A DNA stretch of 64,000 nt from the NCBI RefSeq assembly GCF_046119375.1, contig NW_027362771.1, positions 488,808,001 to 488,872,000 of the forward strand, read 5' to 3'. Source of the stretch: Phyllobates terribilis (taxonomy: Eukaryota). The notes beneath the pieces are model-generated. The model was not told where the DNA came from and did not search any database. It worked only from the letters and a program-made list of their open reading frames with translations. The position numbers and the translations under genes are program-made. This document shows, piece by piece, positions 1-23,488 of this stretch (positions within the stretch are counted from its first letter, which is position 1; each line of letters opens with the position of its first letter).

Positions 1-163
1 TGCGGATTTTTGAGCGCAGCATAAATGCTGCGGAAAAATCCGCAGCATGGGCATTGACAGTGCGGCTTGTCACTGGGGACCATGGGGGACGGATTACCAA
101 GCGTTTCCCAAGCGGAAATTCCGCAGCATAAACGCTTGAAAAACGTATAGTTGGCACATACCC
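1..163. mobile_element. 3' part of a PIF/Harbinger-like MITE
   Basis: Ends ...ggcacataccc|TTA and shares palindromic tgcggattttt/aaaaatccgca blocks with the copies at 28070 and 40926. Confidence 0.6.
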
Positions 164-167
164 TTAA

Positions 168-904
168 ATACAGTAAAAAGTAAAAAAAAAAGTTTTCAAA
201 AATGTAAAAAAACCCACAGAGGTTCAAATCACGGCCCTTTTGCTCCATTAAAAATAAAACAACTAAAAAAAAAATTACACATATTTGATATCGCTGCGTT
301 TGTAAAAGTCCAATCTATCAAAATATAAAATAAATTAATCATGTTGGTAAACGGCGTAACAAAAAAAATCAAAACACCAGAATTTTGGCCGCCACAACAG
401 TGCAATAAGAGACGATCAAAACATCATATCTACCCCAAAATGATATCAGTAAAAATGTCCACTCAGGGTGCAAAAGCCCTCACACAGTCCCATATCCCGA
501 AAAACTAAAACATTTTGGGTCTCGGAAAATTGCTACATAAGTGTAAAAAAAAATTTGTAACAATTTGCAAATTTTTTTTCACAACTATACATGTTTGGTA
601 TCTGCGTACTTGTACTGACTGGGAGAATCATATTGTAAGGTCAGTTTTACCATATAGTGAACATGCTAAATAAAAAACTCAAAATACAATTGTGGAATTG
701 CACTTTTTGTGCAATTTTTATCCCCACTTTCCAGTGCATCACATTATAAAATGAATGGTGTCACTCAAAAGTCCAAATCGTCCCGCAAAAAACAAGCCCT
801 CCCTCATACAGCTAAGTGGATGGCAAAATAAAAAAGTTATGACTCTTGGCATAAGGGGAGGTAAAAGCAAAAAGTGCAAAATCGCAAGGTCATGAAGGGG
901 TTAA
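168..904. mobile_element. piggyBac-like non-autonomous DNA transposon fragment
   Basis: AT-rich body ending ggtcatgaagggg|TTAA, a typical TTAA-target terminus; the other end was not seen. Confidence 0.4.
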
Positions 905-1085
905 AAGCAGAAGGCTATTGATGATGTATTCCTTGGAGACGTCATCAATATGTTAGTCCTGGACAACCACTTATGCAAATACCATCACATTTTGAGCCAC
1001 TCCAGCAGGAATAAAGCATTCACAACATTCTTTGTATACTAGAAATGATGAGACCAATGAGGATTTTGAGAATATAAACTATAGC

Positions 1086-1091
1086 TTTATT
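1086..1091 (-). terminator. Candidate MTHFS polyadenylation signal (AATAAA)
   Basis: TTTATT on the plus strand about 110 nt past the MTHFS stop; position only. Confidence 0.4.
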
Positions 1092-1202
1092 CTGTTAGCA
1101 AATGAAATTGAACAATCTTCACGCAAAGAGGAAGGAATATTTACGCATAAGTCGCTGTCCTGATTGGAACGTTCTCAACGTGCGGCAGAGAACATTGGAC
1201 GG

Positions 1203-12167
<10,965 letters not shown>

Positions 12168-12570
12168 CTTGACATGAATGAGGGGGGGGGGGGGGGGGAG
12201 AGAAAAACACTACGTTTCAGTCCTGGTTACCCGGCTCCTCCCACGGCTGACAGGGCAGTGACCCTAGGTGCTCAGGGCTGACGCGGTACAAAACAAGGAG
12301 TCTGTAACCTGCAGCTGTTTGAAAACTACAGTTCCCGGCATGCCATCGTCTGGCAAGGCATGCTGGGAGCGGCAGCTTCTGGAGCAGCTGATAGAGCCCC
12401 CCACTGCCGCACAAAACAGGACTTTCTATCTTTATGACGTCATGTAGTCACGAACGTCACACACTACAGGCCAATCACTAATGGGAATCGCCCAGACGGA
12501 GGCGGAGCAGGACGAGTACCAGCACCGGAAGTGGAAGGAAAAACCGGAAGTGTGAAAGAAGGAAGTGACT
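12168..12570. promoter_or_regulatory. CpG-rich bidirectional promoter shared by MTHFS and ZFAND6
   Basis: ACTACAgtTCCCggcATGC (12325-12343) and an opposite-strand TCCCAGCATGC (about 12358-12368), both ZNF143-type; CRE TGACGTCA 12435-12442; CCAAT 12471-12475; ETS CCGGAAGT 12525-12532 and 12544-12551. Confidence 0.75.
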
Positions 12571-12806
12571 GACACCGGTAGCGCTTCTCCCGTAACCCAG
12601 TCCTGTCCGTCTTACGTAACGGGAGTCCAACAGGCTGCAAACACCCGGCGCCGGCGGCTGGAGACACACGGGCGGGAATCCAGGGACGCGACCCATCGCT
12701 GTAGGCCTCCAGCGGCTTCTCCTCCGGTCACATTGATCGAGCGCGCACCGGGACTGTCTGCCCAGGGGTCCCCCCTCCGCTACTCGGACCCCGGCCTGCG
12801 TGTGAG
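12540..12806 (+). other. ZFAND6: Probable non-coding first exon of ZFAND6 (start position approximate)
   Basis: CpG-rich segment after the ETS sites ending in the strong donor GAG|gtgagt at 12807; the next coding exon has a 5' UTR acceptor at 23314. Confidence 0.6.
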
Positions 12807-13157
12807 GTGAGTGCATGCCCGACCCGGCCGTATACTGACGTCACTCCATGGTGGGGGACTACAAGTCACAGAAGAGCACGGCCGCCCCCGGTGTTCTGCT
12901 CCCACAGAGGCTTCCCCATCTCCAGTCATAGTGAGCAGGGAGACGGCTGCTCCGGTCACTGGGGCTTTCCTTGTCTGACGTGGTCAGACTATAATACCAG
13001 GCATTTCTTGTGCCAGGGGATGGCATCCTGCCCCTGGAGGGGTGCAGTATGTCAGGGCATTGTGTCCTGGAAATGAGCGGGCAGTGCCAAGGACAAGGGG
13101 GGGCATGACATTGCTGGGACCGACCAAGTAGAACGGAAAGCTTTATCAGATACGTGT

Positions 13158-13680
13158 GATCCTGCCCCCCTCCCCCCCTGCGATCCTGCCCCCCTCCCCC
13201 CCTGCGATCCTGCCCCCCTCCCCCCTGCGATCCTGCCCCCCTCCCCCCTTGCGATCCCCCCCCCCTTGCGATCCCCCCCCCCCTTGCGATCCCCCCCCCC
13301 TTGCGATCCCCCCCCCTTGCGATCCCCCCCCCCTTGCGATCCCCCCCCCCCTTGCGATCCCCCCCCCCTTGCGACCCCCCCCTTGCGACCCCCCCCCCCT
13401 TGCGATCCTCCTCCCCCCTTGCGATCCTCCTCCCCCCTTGCGATCCTCCTCCCCCCCTTGCGATCCTCCTCCCCCCCCCTTGCGATCCTCCTCCCCCCCC
13501 CCTTGCGATCCTCCTCCCCCCCCTTGCGATCCTCCTCCCCCCCTTGCGATCCTCCTCCCCCCTTGCGATCCTCCTCCCCCCCTTGCGATCCTCCTCCCCC
13601 CCTTGCGATCCTCCTCCCCCCTTGCGATCCCCCCCCCCCCTTGCGACCCCCCCCCCCTGCGATCCTGCCCCGCGTCCCCC
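13158..13680. repeat. C-rich minisatellite (core cccccttgcgatc)
   Basis: About 30 tandem variable-length units; G-run rich on the minus strand. Confidence 0.95.
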
Positions 13681-13904
13681 ATTTGTTGTGAGTCTTGAGT
13701 GCCGTGAAGCAGTGAGTGACTGTCGTCAGCCAAACTAATGATGTTACTGTGTTATCCTATGTGTGTTTCTGCAAATACTTCCCGGTGACTATATGAATCA
13801 GTAATACACTTTTTTTTGTTTTTATTTTATTCCCAGTATTGGGGTATGTGCGCACTGCGTCTTTTTTTTTTTTTCTTCAGTTTTTGAGGAGAATTTGGAG
13901 AAAT

Positions 13905-14153
13905 TAGTGATGAGCGAGCATGCTCAGGTGTTTTCCGAGTATCTTCAGCGTGCCCGGGATGTTTGTCACTCCATGCTCATGATTTGCGACTGTTTGATAG
14001 CTTTAATACATGTGAGGAATACCTGTTTCTTAGGAATTTCTCACATGTATTAAAGCTGTCAAACAGCCTCAGATCATGAGCACAGAGTGACTAAAACATA
14101 ACACCAGAGCATGCTCGCCGAAAGGGTTAACAGAACATACTCGCTCATCTCTA
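13905..14153. mobile_element. hAT-like MITE
   Basis: TIR pair tagtgatgagcgag / ctcgctcatctcta; no clean 8-bp TSD. Confidence 0.55.
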
Positions 14154-16767
14154 GGGAGTATGTTAAGTCTTTGCTAAGAAAATACAAAATAACTCAATGT
14201 GCTCTTATGCTTATAGGCCAACCCTGACCATGTAAAGGCTTTTGTCCAGGCTATTTTGTTAATGACTGTTATCATGTCGAATCCTAATAGTGTGTAATAT
14301 TCACAGTGGTAGGATTCTGCGCCGCTTGCCAATTGGAGCGGATGTCACTTGACTTCGCTTATGTGATTTTGAGACAAGTGCCGGCATCTCGTCTTCTGCC
14401 TCATCTCTCTCGCGTTCCATCATGATACAGTTACTGCCCTTTAACCCCGGCATCTTCGTGTAAAGATGGTTGGGAGCTCCCGTTGTCACCTCCTTAGGCC
14501 CCTGCAATGTGAAGTTTTTTATAAAGCTGTTAAAATATTACATTATTTGTCCTGCATTGTTAAAGCTGCAAAAAAAAATGGAAGAATCGCTGTTTTTTTT
14601 TTTTTCTTACATATATAAATTAAATAATTTTGTCATCACCATAATTGTGTAAAAATGAAACAAAAACAAACAATGCCCCTCTTGAATTGATAAATACAAA
14701 AGAAATCAGCTGTTATATGGCTGAAAATATGAATTTCTGGCTTTTGGAAGATGGTGATGAAAATTAGCTGGAATAGAAGGGGTTAAATATTTTGTGTGAA
14801 CTAGGTATTATTGTATTAGTAGGAAGTGTGTGAGACTTGGTAAGTTTGGTCATTGCTTAGTTTTGGAAACCTCTGAAGTCAATGATTTTGCTGTATCCGC
14901 TCGCTCCTGGGGCCACCTGACAATTTGGCTCACAATTTTGGAGTAGGAACAATGGTGACTATCAGGACCAGGGGGATTCCTATGCAGGACGTACATGTAA
15001 TTGTGATGGATTTGTTTGGTTCTGTTGCATGTGGTCCTAATATAAAGGTACATAGATGAGATGTACACATTATTTCAGGACCTGTCTTGCCTGTATACAT
15101 ACGTTGTGTCTGAGACCCCTTCCCCACAAAGTTGCTTCCCATGTGTCTTCTTCAGATCCCATTGTTTTGCATTGTAATCCCTGTGATGCTGCGGTGTCCA
15201 TGGAAACTGTCATTATTGCAGGATGTGTGGCTCACAGTTTACATGTCGCCTGCGTCCTCTTCCATTTGTTTGTGTGGATTAAGACCTAAGGGAAAAGTGA
15301 CAGCTCAGATGTTGCAACAGTTTTAAGAAGGTGTTTTCTACTATTTATCGGGCCATAGTTTAGGGTATTGTTGTGCCATATGGTGCAGTATCCTCCCGTA
15401 GAATCAGTGCTTGTAGTGGGGAATATTTCTATGATGACGGACATGGCCTGATTTATATAGAAATCATTGTCTATATTCTATAGAAAGAACTTGTGCCTCT
15501 GAAGGTAACGTCACATGAAAGTACAGTAGGGTTCCAGATGCTGTTATGGCTGCCGTACGTCGCTTCCATTCTGGTTGGCCTATGGACAATATTTATTTAT
15601 TGCCCATTCTCAGTATTGCCGACTGTCTGATTGTGGGGATCCCTTGGTTCACAGCATGGTGGTCTCATGTGCACATAATCGCTTTGTATACAATGCTCAG
15701 CCATCTGTCAGTCCTGTGCACAATGATTGTAGTGCCAGGGTGTGGTGTGACCACCGCTCCACGCACACAAGGGAGATGGGAGACATTGTGATCGGTGGGG
15801 TCTGAGCCATCATACATTGCCACCAATCATGAGGATATATTACATAGAGGTTTGAGAAATGCCATTTTTATAATGAGGTACAGACACATATGTGGTTTCT
15901 GTGGCATGCCGAGGTTGTCAGAGCCAGCCCCTATTGGCAATTAGGTGATGCAGAATTACAACAAGCCGTCATGTGGATGACTCTGGGGGTGAGGGTACTG
16001 ATGGACCATAGCAATCAATGAAAACATTTTAATAATGTAGGTGTCATACTTAATTACTATAATACTCCATGACTTATGACTTCGATATTTTGGGAGTGTG
16101 GTAAAGTAAATGATGGCAATGACTAATGTACAAGGAGTGATTAGTTATTGAGACAGGTAAGTGCGATCTGCTTGTATTTACTCCACATCAGATCTTGTAA
16201 GGTGAGGACAATCTTGAAGATTCTGATTTGACCTGATTATATAGTAGTAACCTGTGCTGGCATGATAAAAATGAACCCAAGAAGTTAAGGCCCCTTAGAT
16301 TTCAGCATCTCCTCATCAGAAAGCTGCTGCAGATATAGTCAGCTCTGACCACACAGCAGCTGCTTGTGATACCTCGGCCATAGCACATGAGGCTGGGTCC
16401 TGGCAGACAATGTGCTGTTTTATACAGTTGACAGCTGTTGAGAAGTGCACACAGAGCTGGCAATTGTTCCCAGTTGTCAGGGCTTTTCCCCTCATTGGTA
16501 TATTGTGGTGTGACTGAGGGATTGTCCAACTCTGGTGAAAGCATGTACCTGTATGAGCCCTCCCCACAAAGATCTGCTATGCCAAGGGACGGACATGATT
16601 ATGCGGCCTCCTGGAGGCAGCTTTGTCACCCTGGAAGTTCAATATCACTATGGTGCAGAAAACGTTTAATAAATTGAGGTCTACCCTGCCCCATTAACAC
16701 TTTGGGTTTGTAGCAAATTCAGTTCTGTGTCTGCATATGTGCTTGTATGTATGTATATAATTTTGTG

Positions 16768-17296
16768 TGTAAGGGTTGGTACTCACTGAGCCGCGTTGGA
16801 GGTAGGCACAGGTTCACACAGTGATGCAGTCCGCGGGTTCAAACTGGTGGTTTATTTAGTGTCCATACACCAGTGAGGAAACAAAAGTAACCACCTTTTC
16901 CTGGCACAAAAAGGAATAACAGAACAAATCTCAAAATAACAAGTCCATGCAGCAGGGCCCCAGCCGTTTAAACAAAAGTGCTTTTTCTCTGCCTCCTGCA
17001 GAGACTAAGCAGCACATGCAAGATCTGCTCACCTTGCCCAGCACACACACACAGACTGAGACAGGCGCAGCTGTCTTAAATCAGCCTTCCAAGACCTGGA
17101 CTGGAGGTAAGTGAGCAGCTGTTCCCCTCCAGCTCTTTCAGCTGCTCTTAAAACCCGGCCCTGTAATCCGGGCCCATTAAATTCCTCTCAGCACTATGTG
17201 TGCTGGAGCCTGCTTCTCCGGATCCTACATCACCGAAGCTTGGTACTTCGGGGACACATACCACCCGTCCACGGCCTGTCCGGCAGCCACCTTACA
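16768..17296 (-). repeat. 3' LTR (529 bp)
   Basis: tgtaaggg...caccttaca; by-eye alignment to 21566..22096 shows about 20 substitutions and 3 small indels. Confidence 0.93.
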
Positions 17297-17491
17297 TACC
17301 CCCCTCTGCCCAAAGCCGGGGGGGGGGGGGGGGGTGGCCTTTGCACCTTCTGTCACCATACTATAAACCTATGACAAGGCATCAGCATTCCCATGTTGTT
17401 TCCCAGGCCTATGCTCTACCCGGAAACTAAAATCTTGTAGAGCCAGGAACCACCTAGTCACTCTGGCATTGTTCCCCTTCTTTTCTCGCAT

Positions 17492-18614
17492 TCACCTCAG
17501 TGGGGCATGGCCTGACACTAACCTGAACCTTCTACCTAACAGGTAATACCTCAGAGTCTCTAACGCCCACTTAATGGCCGAACATTCTTTTTCTACAATG
17601 GAGTAGTTCTTCTCACAAGTGGAGAGCTTCCGACTGAGGTATATTACAGGGTGTTCTTCTCCGTTAATCTCCTGGGACAAGACTGCTCCCAGCCCGACAT
17701 CCGATGCATCCGTCTGAACCATAAACTCCTTGGAGAAGTTGGGCGCCACCAAGACTGGGTGTTTACAGAGGACCAGTTTCAATTCCTGGAAGGCCGCTTC
17801 TGCTTCCGGGGACCACTTGGCCATAGCTGACTTTGTTCCTTTCAGAAGATCCGTTTTCGGGGCTGCTATCAGGGCAAAGTTAGGGACAAATCTTCGATAG
17901 TAGCCCACAATGCCTAGAAACTCCCTGACCTGCTTCTTTGAGAGGGGCTGTGGCCAGTTCAAGATCGCCTCAACCTTATTTATTTGTGGTTTTATTTTCC
18001 CTCTACCAACCACGTACCCTATGTACTTGGCTTCCTCCATCCCCATGGCACATTTCTTCGGGTTAATAGAAAAGCACGCCTTCCTTAGGGTATTAAGTAT
18101 CGCTTGAACTTTGTCCAGATGACTTTCCCAGTCCTGGCTGAATATGACAATGTCATCTAGGTAGGCCGCTGCATACTTTTTGTGGGGTGCTAAGATCCGG
18201 TCCATGGCTCTCTGGAAGGTGGGCGGAGAAGGCTGTCTTCTCCTTGGCCTCTTTGGACAGGGGAATTTGCCAATATCCTTTCGTGAGGTCCAGAGTGGTG
18301 ATGTACCGAGCGGGCCCTAGCCTTTCGATAAGCTCATCTACCCTAGGCATTGGGTAGGCGTCGAACTTTGAGACCTCATTCAGCTTCCTATAGTCGTTGC
18401 AAAACCGCCATTCTCCATCTGGTTTCGGCACTAAGACTGTAGGACTGGACCATCCACTTTTGGACTCTTCAATGACTCCCAGGTTTAGCATCCGCCTCAC
18501 TTCTTTTGAGATCACCTCTCTGCATGCCTCGGGGATCCGGTATGGTTTTAGATTGACGCGAACATGAGGCTCTGTGAGAACTTCATGCTCTGTGACCTGA
18601 GTGAGTCCTGGCAA
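17492..18614 (-). pseudogene. Gypsy reverse transcriptase + RNase H (frameshifted)
   Basis: VLVPKPDGEWRFCNDYRKLN, TLDLTKGYWQI, AAAYLDDIVIFS, QTDASDVGLGAVLSQ, LSRKL...NYSIVEKEC. Confidence 0.9.
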
Positions 18615-19011
18615 CTCCGAAAACAGGTCTTTATTTCGCTGTAGTAACTCTTTGCACTCTTGCTTTTGGGCACATCACAGTGACTCTGCCACCTTGACCT
18701 CTTTCACATTGGCTTCAGCCTCAGCCACTAAACAGGGAGCTTCCACGGGCTCTCTATCTTGCCATGGCTTAATCAAGTTAACATGGTAAAATTTGGTAGG
18801 CCTTCTTCTTCCCCGGTTGGTGGATTTTATAGTTGACTTTCCCCACTTTCTCTACCACCTTATAGGGGCCCTGCCACTTGGCCATAAACTTTGCTCTCCA
18901 CTGTGGGCACTAGCACAAGCTCTCGATCTCCTGGGTTGAACGATCTCACCCGGGCCGACCTATTATACACCCTGGACTGTGCCTTGAGGAGGTGCTCCCT
19001 CGCAATGGGCG

Positions 19012-19921
19012 TCACGTGGGCAATCCTCTCTTGCATCTGGGCAACGTGCTCCACCACGCTCCTATAGGGAATGGTCTCAGCTTCCCAGGACTCTTTCGCC
19101 ACATCCAGGAGTCCTCGAGGGTATCATCCATAGAGTGGTTCAAACGGGGAGAAACCTGTGGAAGCTTGGGGAACTTCCCTGATGGCGAACAACAGATAGG
19201 GAAGCAGACAGCCCCAGTCTCGGCCATCCTTTTCCACTGCTTTCCTCAACATTGCTTTCAAGGTTTTGTTAAACCTCTCGACCAGTCCGTCCTTCTGGGG
19301 ATAGTACACGGAGGTTCTCAGTTCTGCAATCTGCAATGTCTTGCACAATTCCCTCATGACCTTCGACATAAATGTAGTTCCTTGGTCTGTTAGGATATCC
19401 TTAGGCAACCCCGTTCTTGAAAACATGTGGACTAACTCCCGGGCTGTACACTTGGCGGAGTAGTTTCGTAGTGGTACGGCCTCCGGATACCATGTAGCAT
19501 AATCTAATACCACCAGGGTATACTGATGCCCTCGGGTGGACTTGACCAGAGGCCCTAGATCCATTGCTATGCGTTCGAATGGAACCTTGATGGTGGGTAG
19601 GGGCACTAGGGGACTGCGGAAGTGGGCCATTGGGGAGGTTATCTGGCTTGTGGGGCAGGAATGACAATAACTCTTTATTTCTCTATAGCAACCTGGCCAG
19701 TAGAATCTCTGGAGAATCCGTTCCGGAGTCTTGTCTGCACCCAGGTGACCACCCAACACATGAGAATGAGCCATGTCTAACGCCCTGCGTCTATAGGGCC
19801 CTGGCACCAGCAACTGTTCTATCACCTCACCCCTTGGGTTAGTTACTCTGTACAGCAAATCCCCATTCGCAGCAAAATGAAGGGAACCGAGTGTCAGCCC
19901 CCGGTTCCCGAGGCACCCCAT
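19012..19921 (-). pseudogene. Gypsy integrase (frameshifted)
   Basis: AHSHVLGGHLG...C..S zinc-binding region, ERIAMDL, ILTDQG, VERFNKTLK (DDE core). Confidence 0.88.
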
Positions 19922-20077
19922 TTAACACAGTAACATTTTCAAAGGCCCCTTTCAGAGTTAAATCCCTGAGTTGGGCAGTTTTAAAGTTTCCCTCGGACAC
20001 CTCCAGCTCAGGGATATTGGCCTCAAAGGATGTTGCCTCATCCTCATCGTCCACAAACACACACATGGGAAACTCAT

Positions 20078-21356
20078 CTACCATGTTCTGCGGGTAAGTT
20101 TCCTTAGGGGCAATCTGGCTGTCGTCCGAGCCACCAGGTGTCCCAGCTTTCCCCACATTTCCCAGAATAATGCAAAGTCACGTCCAATTATTATGGGATG
20201 CAATAGGTCCTTAACGACCGCCACTTCATGAGATGTGGTGCCACAGTCTGTGTTTACATCCACCTGGGCCACACAATAGTTCTTAGTGTCCCTATGGATA
20301 CCCCAGACACCCACCACCTTCCCAGGAACCAATCGATGAGGAAGTGTGGCCCTTTTCAGGGTCACCAAACTTCCTGAGTCCAATAGTCCAGAGACTTGTA
20401 CCCCTTTTACTGACACTGAGCATGCCTGAGGGCCCTCGCCATGTTGAGGAACCGCTCTGCAGGCGGGGTAGGCAAAAGAGGAGCAATGCCGGCCCATGTT
20501 GCAGTCCATTGGCTCAGAGTTTATGGGACATCGGGCGGCAATATGGCCAGGGGTATGACATCTCCAACACACTATATTATGGGGTGGGACCTTGGGCAGC
20601 AACTCAGACCCCTCCTGAACTCTAGGACGCCCCCCAGGTGTGGCTCTAGCTCCCTTCTTTTGGATGTCCTCCGCCTTTTGGGAACCCCAGTATTGAGAGG
20701 CTACATCCCCTTGTTTTCCAAACAGACTCTCAACCGCCTGGTATCTTTCCACTAACCCCACCAAGACTTCGGCATTATGGGGATCTCCCTGGGCAACCCA
20801 GGATTTCACCGACTTTGGGAGAGAGTGTATAAACCTGTCTATAACGACCTTCTCCACCATCTGTGCTGGGGAGGAAGATTCAGGTTGCAACCACTTTTGG
20901 ACCAGGTGTAGGTCGAACATCTGGGACCGGGGAGGTTTGTCACTGCAATAGGCCCAGTGGTGCACCCGTTGCGCCCTGACAGTCAGTCATTCCCTAGCGT
21001 GCCAAAATCTCAGTTTTCAACTTAGCGTACTCTTTTGCATCCTGCAAGGCCAAGTCATAATAGGCCTTCTGCGGCTCGCCTGTCAAATATGGCGCCAGTA
21101 CCTCCGCCCACTGCTCTGAAGGCAATTTCTCCCGCTCTGCCACCCTCTCAAAGACTGTCAGGAATGCCTCAACGTCATCACCCGGGGTCATCTTTTGTAA
21201 TGCTCTTCTTACCGTCTTCCTGACGTGAGAGTCATCACCTGGATCTGAGGATGTTGCGGTCGTCCTGCCACGGATCTGCTCTGCCAAGATTTCCATTTGT
21301 CTTTGCTGCTGTTGGATCTGCTGCATCAGAAGTTTGTTTCCTGCTGCTGCTCCCAT
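20078..21356 (-). pseudogene. Gypsy gag (SCAN-like capsid, CCHC knuckle) + aspartic protease (frameshifted)
   Basis: KMTPGDDVEAFLTVFERVA, KWLQPE...EKVVIDRFIHSLP...WV, CWRCHTPGHIAARC, LLDSGS. Confidence 0.85.
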
Positions 21357-21565
21357 TGCTGCTGCTGTATGTTCTGCTGGCTCTGCAGGTACTGCGCCTG
21401 CTGTTGCTGAAGTAGCTACTGTGCCTGCAACAGATGTTTAAGCAGGGCCTCCATTTTGTCCGGCGACACTTGCTGGCTTATGGCCGACTTCACCCAGGAC
21501 GTATACGTCTTCTTGTAGCAGTCACACTGCCGCCTGGGATCTGTGCCCGTGCTTCTAGCACCAAT

Positions 21566-22096
21566 TGTAAGGGTTTGTACTCACTGAGCCGCGTTGGAGG
21601 TAGGCACAGGTTCACACAGTGATGCAGTCCGCGGGTTCAAACAAACTGGTGGTTTATTTTGTGTCCATACACCAGTGAGGAAACAAAAGTAACCGCCTTT
21701 TCCTGGCACAAAAAGGAATAACAGAACAAAGCTCAAAATAACAAGTCCATGCAGCACGGCCCCAGCCGTTTAAACAAGGTGCTTTTCTCTGCCGCCTGCA
21801 GAGTCTAAGCAGCACATGCAAGGTCTGCTCACCTTGCCTAACACACACAGACAGACTGAGACAGGCGCAGCTGTCTTAAATCAGCCTTTCAAGACCTGGA
21901 CTGGAGGTAAGTGAGCAGCTGTTCCCTTCCAGCTCTTTCAGCTGCTCGTAAAACCCGGCCCGGTAATCCGGGCCCATTAAATTCCTCTCAGCACTATGTG
22001 TGCTGGAGCCTGCTTCTCCGGGTCCTACATCACCGAAGCTTGGTACTTCGGGGACACATACCTCCCGCCCACGACCTGTCTGGCAGCCACCTTACA
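21566..22096 (-). repeat. 5' LTR (531 bp)
   Basis: Direct repeat of 16768..17296. Confidence 0.93.
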
Positions 22097-23331
22097 ATAT
22101 ATATATATATATTATGTATGTATGTTTATTCACCCATGATCATAATGGCGGCCTTTCGTTCCAGGTGTGGAACTAAGCTTGAGTGTCCCTCACTTGGAAT
22201 GAAACGCTGCCATTGTGATCATGGGTCAATAAACCACCACTGAAATTGGACCTTGGACCTTGCCTTCATTTTTTTTTAATATACATCGAGGTTAAGCTTT
22301 GCACCCGCGCTGTATTTCAGCTTATACCAGTGCTGCACCTATATTTTTGTAAAATATTCATAGATAGAGATGTGTGTCTACATAAATTTGCTTGTATGTG
22401 GACACGAAGGCAGACTTGCAGGCACACGTGTGTGTGTGTGTGTATGTGTGTGTGTTGTATTGCTGAGAGGATGGCTTACAACAAATAAGGCGCAGGATTT
22501 TATTACTGGGTCAATGACCATATTGTGGGGATACTGGTGGCATAGGTATGTGTATCCATAGATGCAGTTCTATATAAAAGTATTTGCTCTATCCCCTTTT
22601 TTTTACATATTTGAGGTGTTATCTTAATTTATTTAACCCTAAACATACATATACCTGAGATGGCTGCTCTGTGTGTATATAGCGAAAGGCTTGCCCGGCT
22701 AGATGGATGATGGGGTGCAGTCCTCCGTGACTTGTCATCCCAGTGTCCCCTCATCCCTGCATAGCGTTTTAAAGTGCGTTTTCTCTGAAACACTACAGCT
22801 TTTCAGAGTAAAACTTCCATGTGTGATTCATGCTGCCCGTGGTTAGACCAGCATGAATCAGCCAACATCTTCCCTGTGATGAAGCTCAGTATAACCTAGT
22901 AATAGACTGGTGTCTGTTTCCTGTGAGCGGCCTCCCAAGTGCTGACACGGCTTCTGACCTGCATTAAAGAGGCTGTGACCAATGTGTAAGTTATGCAGGC
23001 ACTGCTGGCTTTCTGTGATGTCAGTCAGGGCTGATTATTGGCCGAGTAGTGAATTGTGTGTAATATATACACAGGGCTGTGCAAAAGTTTTAGTCAAGTG
23101 TGGGAAAAATGCTGCAAAATAAGAATGTTTGTTTGACGACAAATGTTGGTCAGACCAAATATTGATTTTGTTTAGATTTCTCTTTTGTTAATTGTTACAA
23201 ATGAACGATTAATTCTTCTGGATTTTGGAAATCCATTCTTACTCTGCAATATGGCACTTGCTGTATGCGTGTATAAACGTATACGTGTTTATTTTTTGTT
23301 CACTTTGCTTTCAGCTGTATGGTGAATGAAC

Positions 23332-23488
23332 ATGGCACAAGAGACCAACCATAACCAGGCTCCTCTACTTTGTTCTAATGGTTGTGGCTTCTACGGGAAT
23401 CCACGAACCAATGGACTTTGTTCCGTCTGCTACAAAGAATATCTACAGAGACAGAACAGCAGCAGCAATGGGAGAAATAGTCCTCCAG
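23332..23488 (+). CDS. ZFAND6: ZFAND6 first coding exon (A20 zinc finger)
   Basis: Acceptor at 23314, ATG 23332 (in-frame ATG also at 23326), donor G|gtagca. Confidence 0.95.

Larger units (their letters stand above)
16768..22096 (-). mobile_element. Gmr1-like Ty3/Gypsy LTR retrotransposon, decayed, antisense in ZFAND6 intron 1
   Basis: Paired TG...CA LTRs, TGG-initiated PBS-like site next to 21566, polypurine tract at 17297-17312, and gag, PR, IN, RT, RH remnants in that order. Confidence 0.93.

Noticed and set aside
13146-13738. Pro-rich and Gly-rich ORFs of 141-195 aa on both strands
   Set aside because: They are translations of the C-rich minisatellite, open in most frames because the unit lacks stops.
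16100-16162. Strong donor CAG|GTAAGT at 16157 as an extra ZFAND6 5' UTR exon
   Set aside because: No convincing paired acceptor or homology; cannot be supported without RNA data.
14301-16677. Short ORFs (60-83 aa) in ZFAND6 intron 1, e.g. 14301..14507 and 15575..15805
   Set aside because: No recognisable motifs or splice pattern; probably old TE debris or chance.
16760-22112. Target-site duplication and primer tRNA identity for the Gypsy element
   Set aside because: The flanks (ttgtg vs atata) do not match, and the PBS TGGTGCTAGAAG could not be assigned to a tRNA from memory.
12168-23314. BCL2A1 or ST20 expected from human synteny
   Set aside because: No BH-domain coding segment was recognised in the ORF track or by eye.
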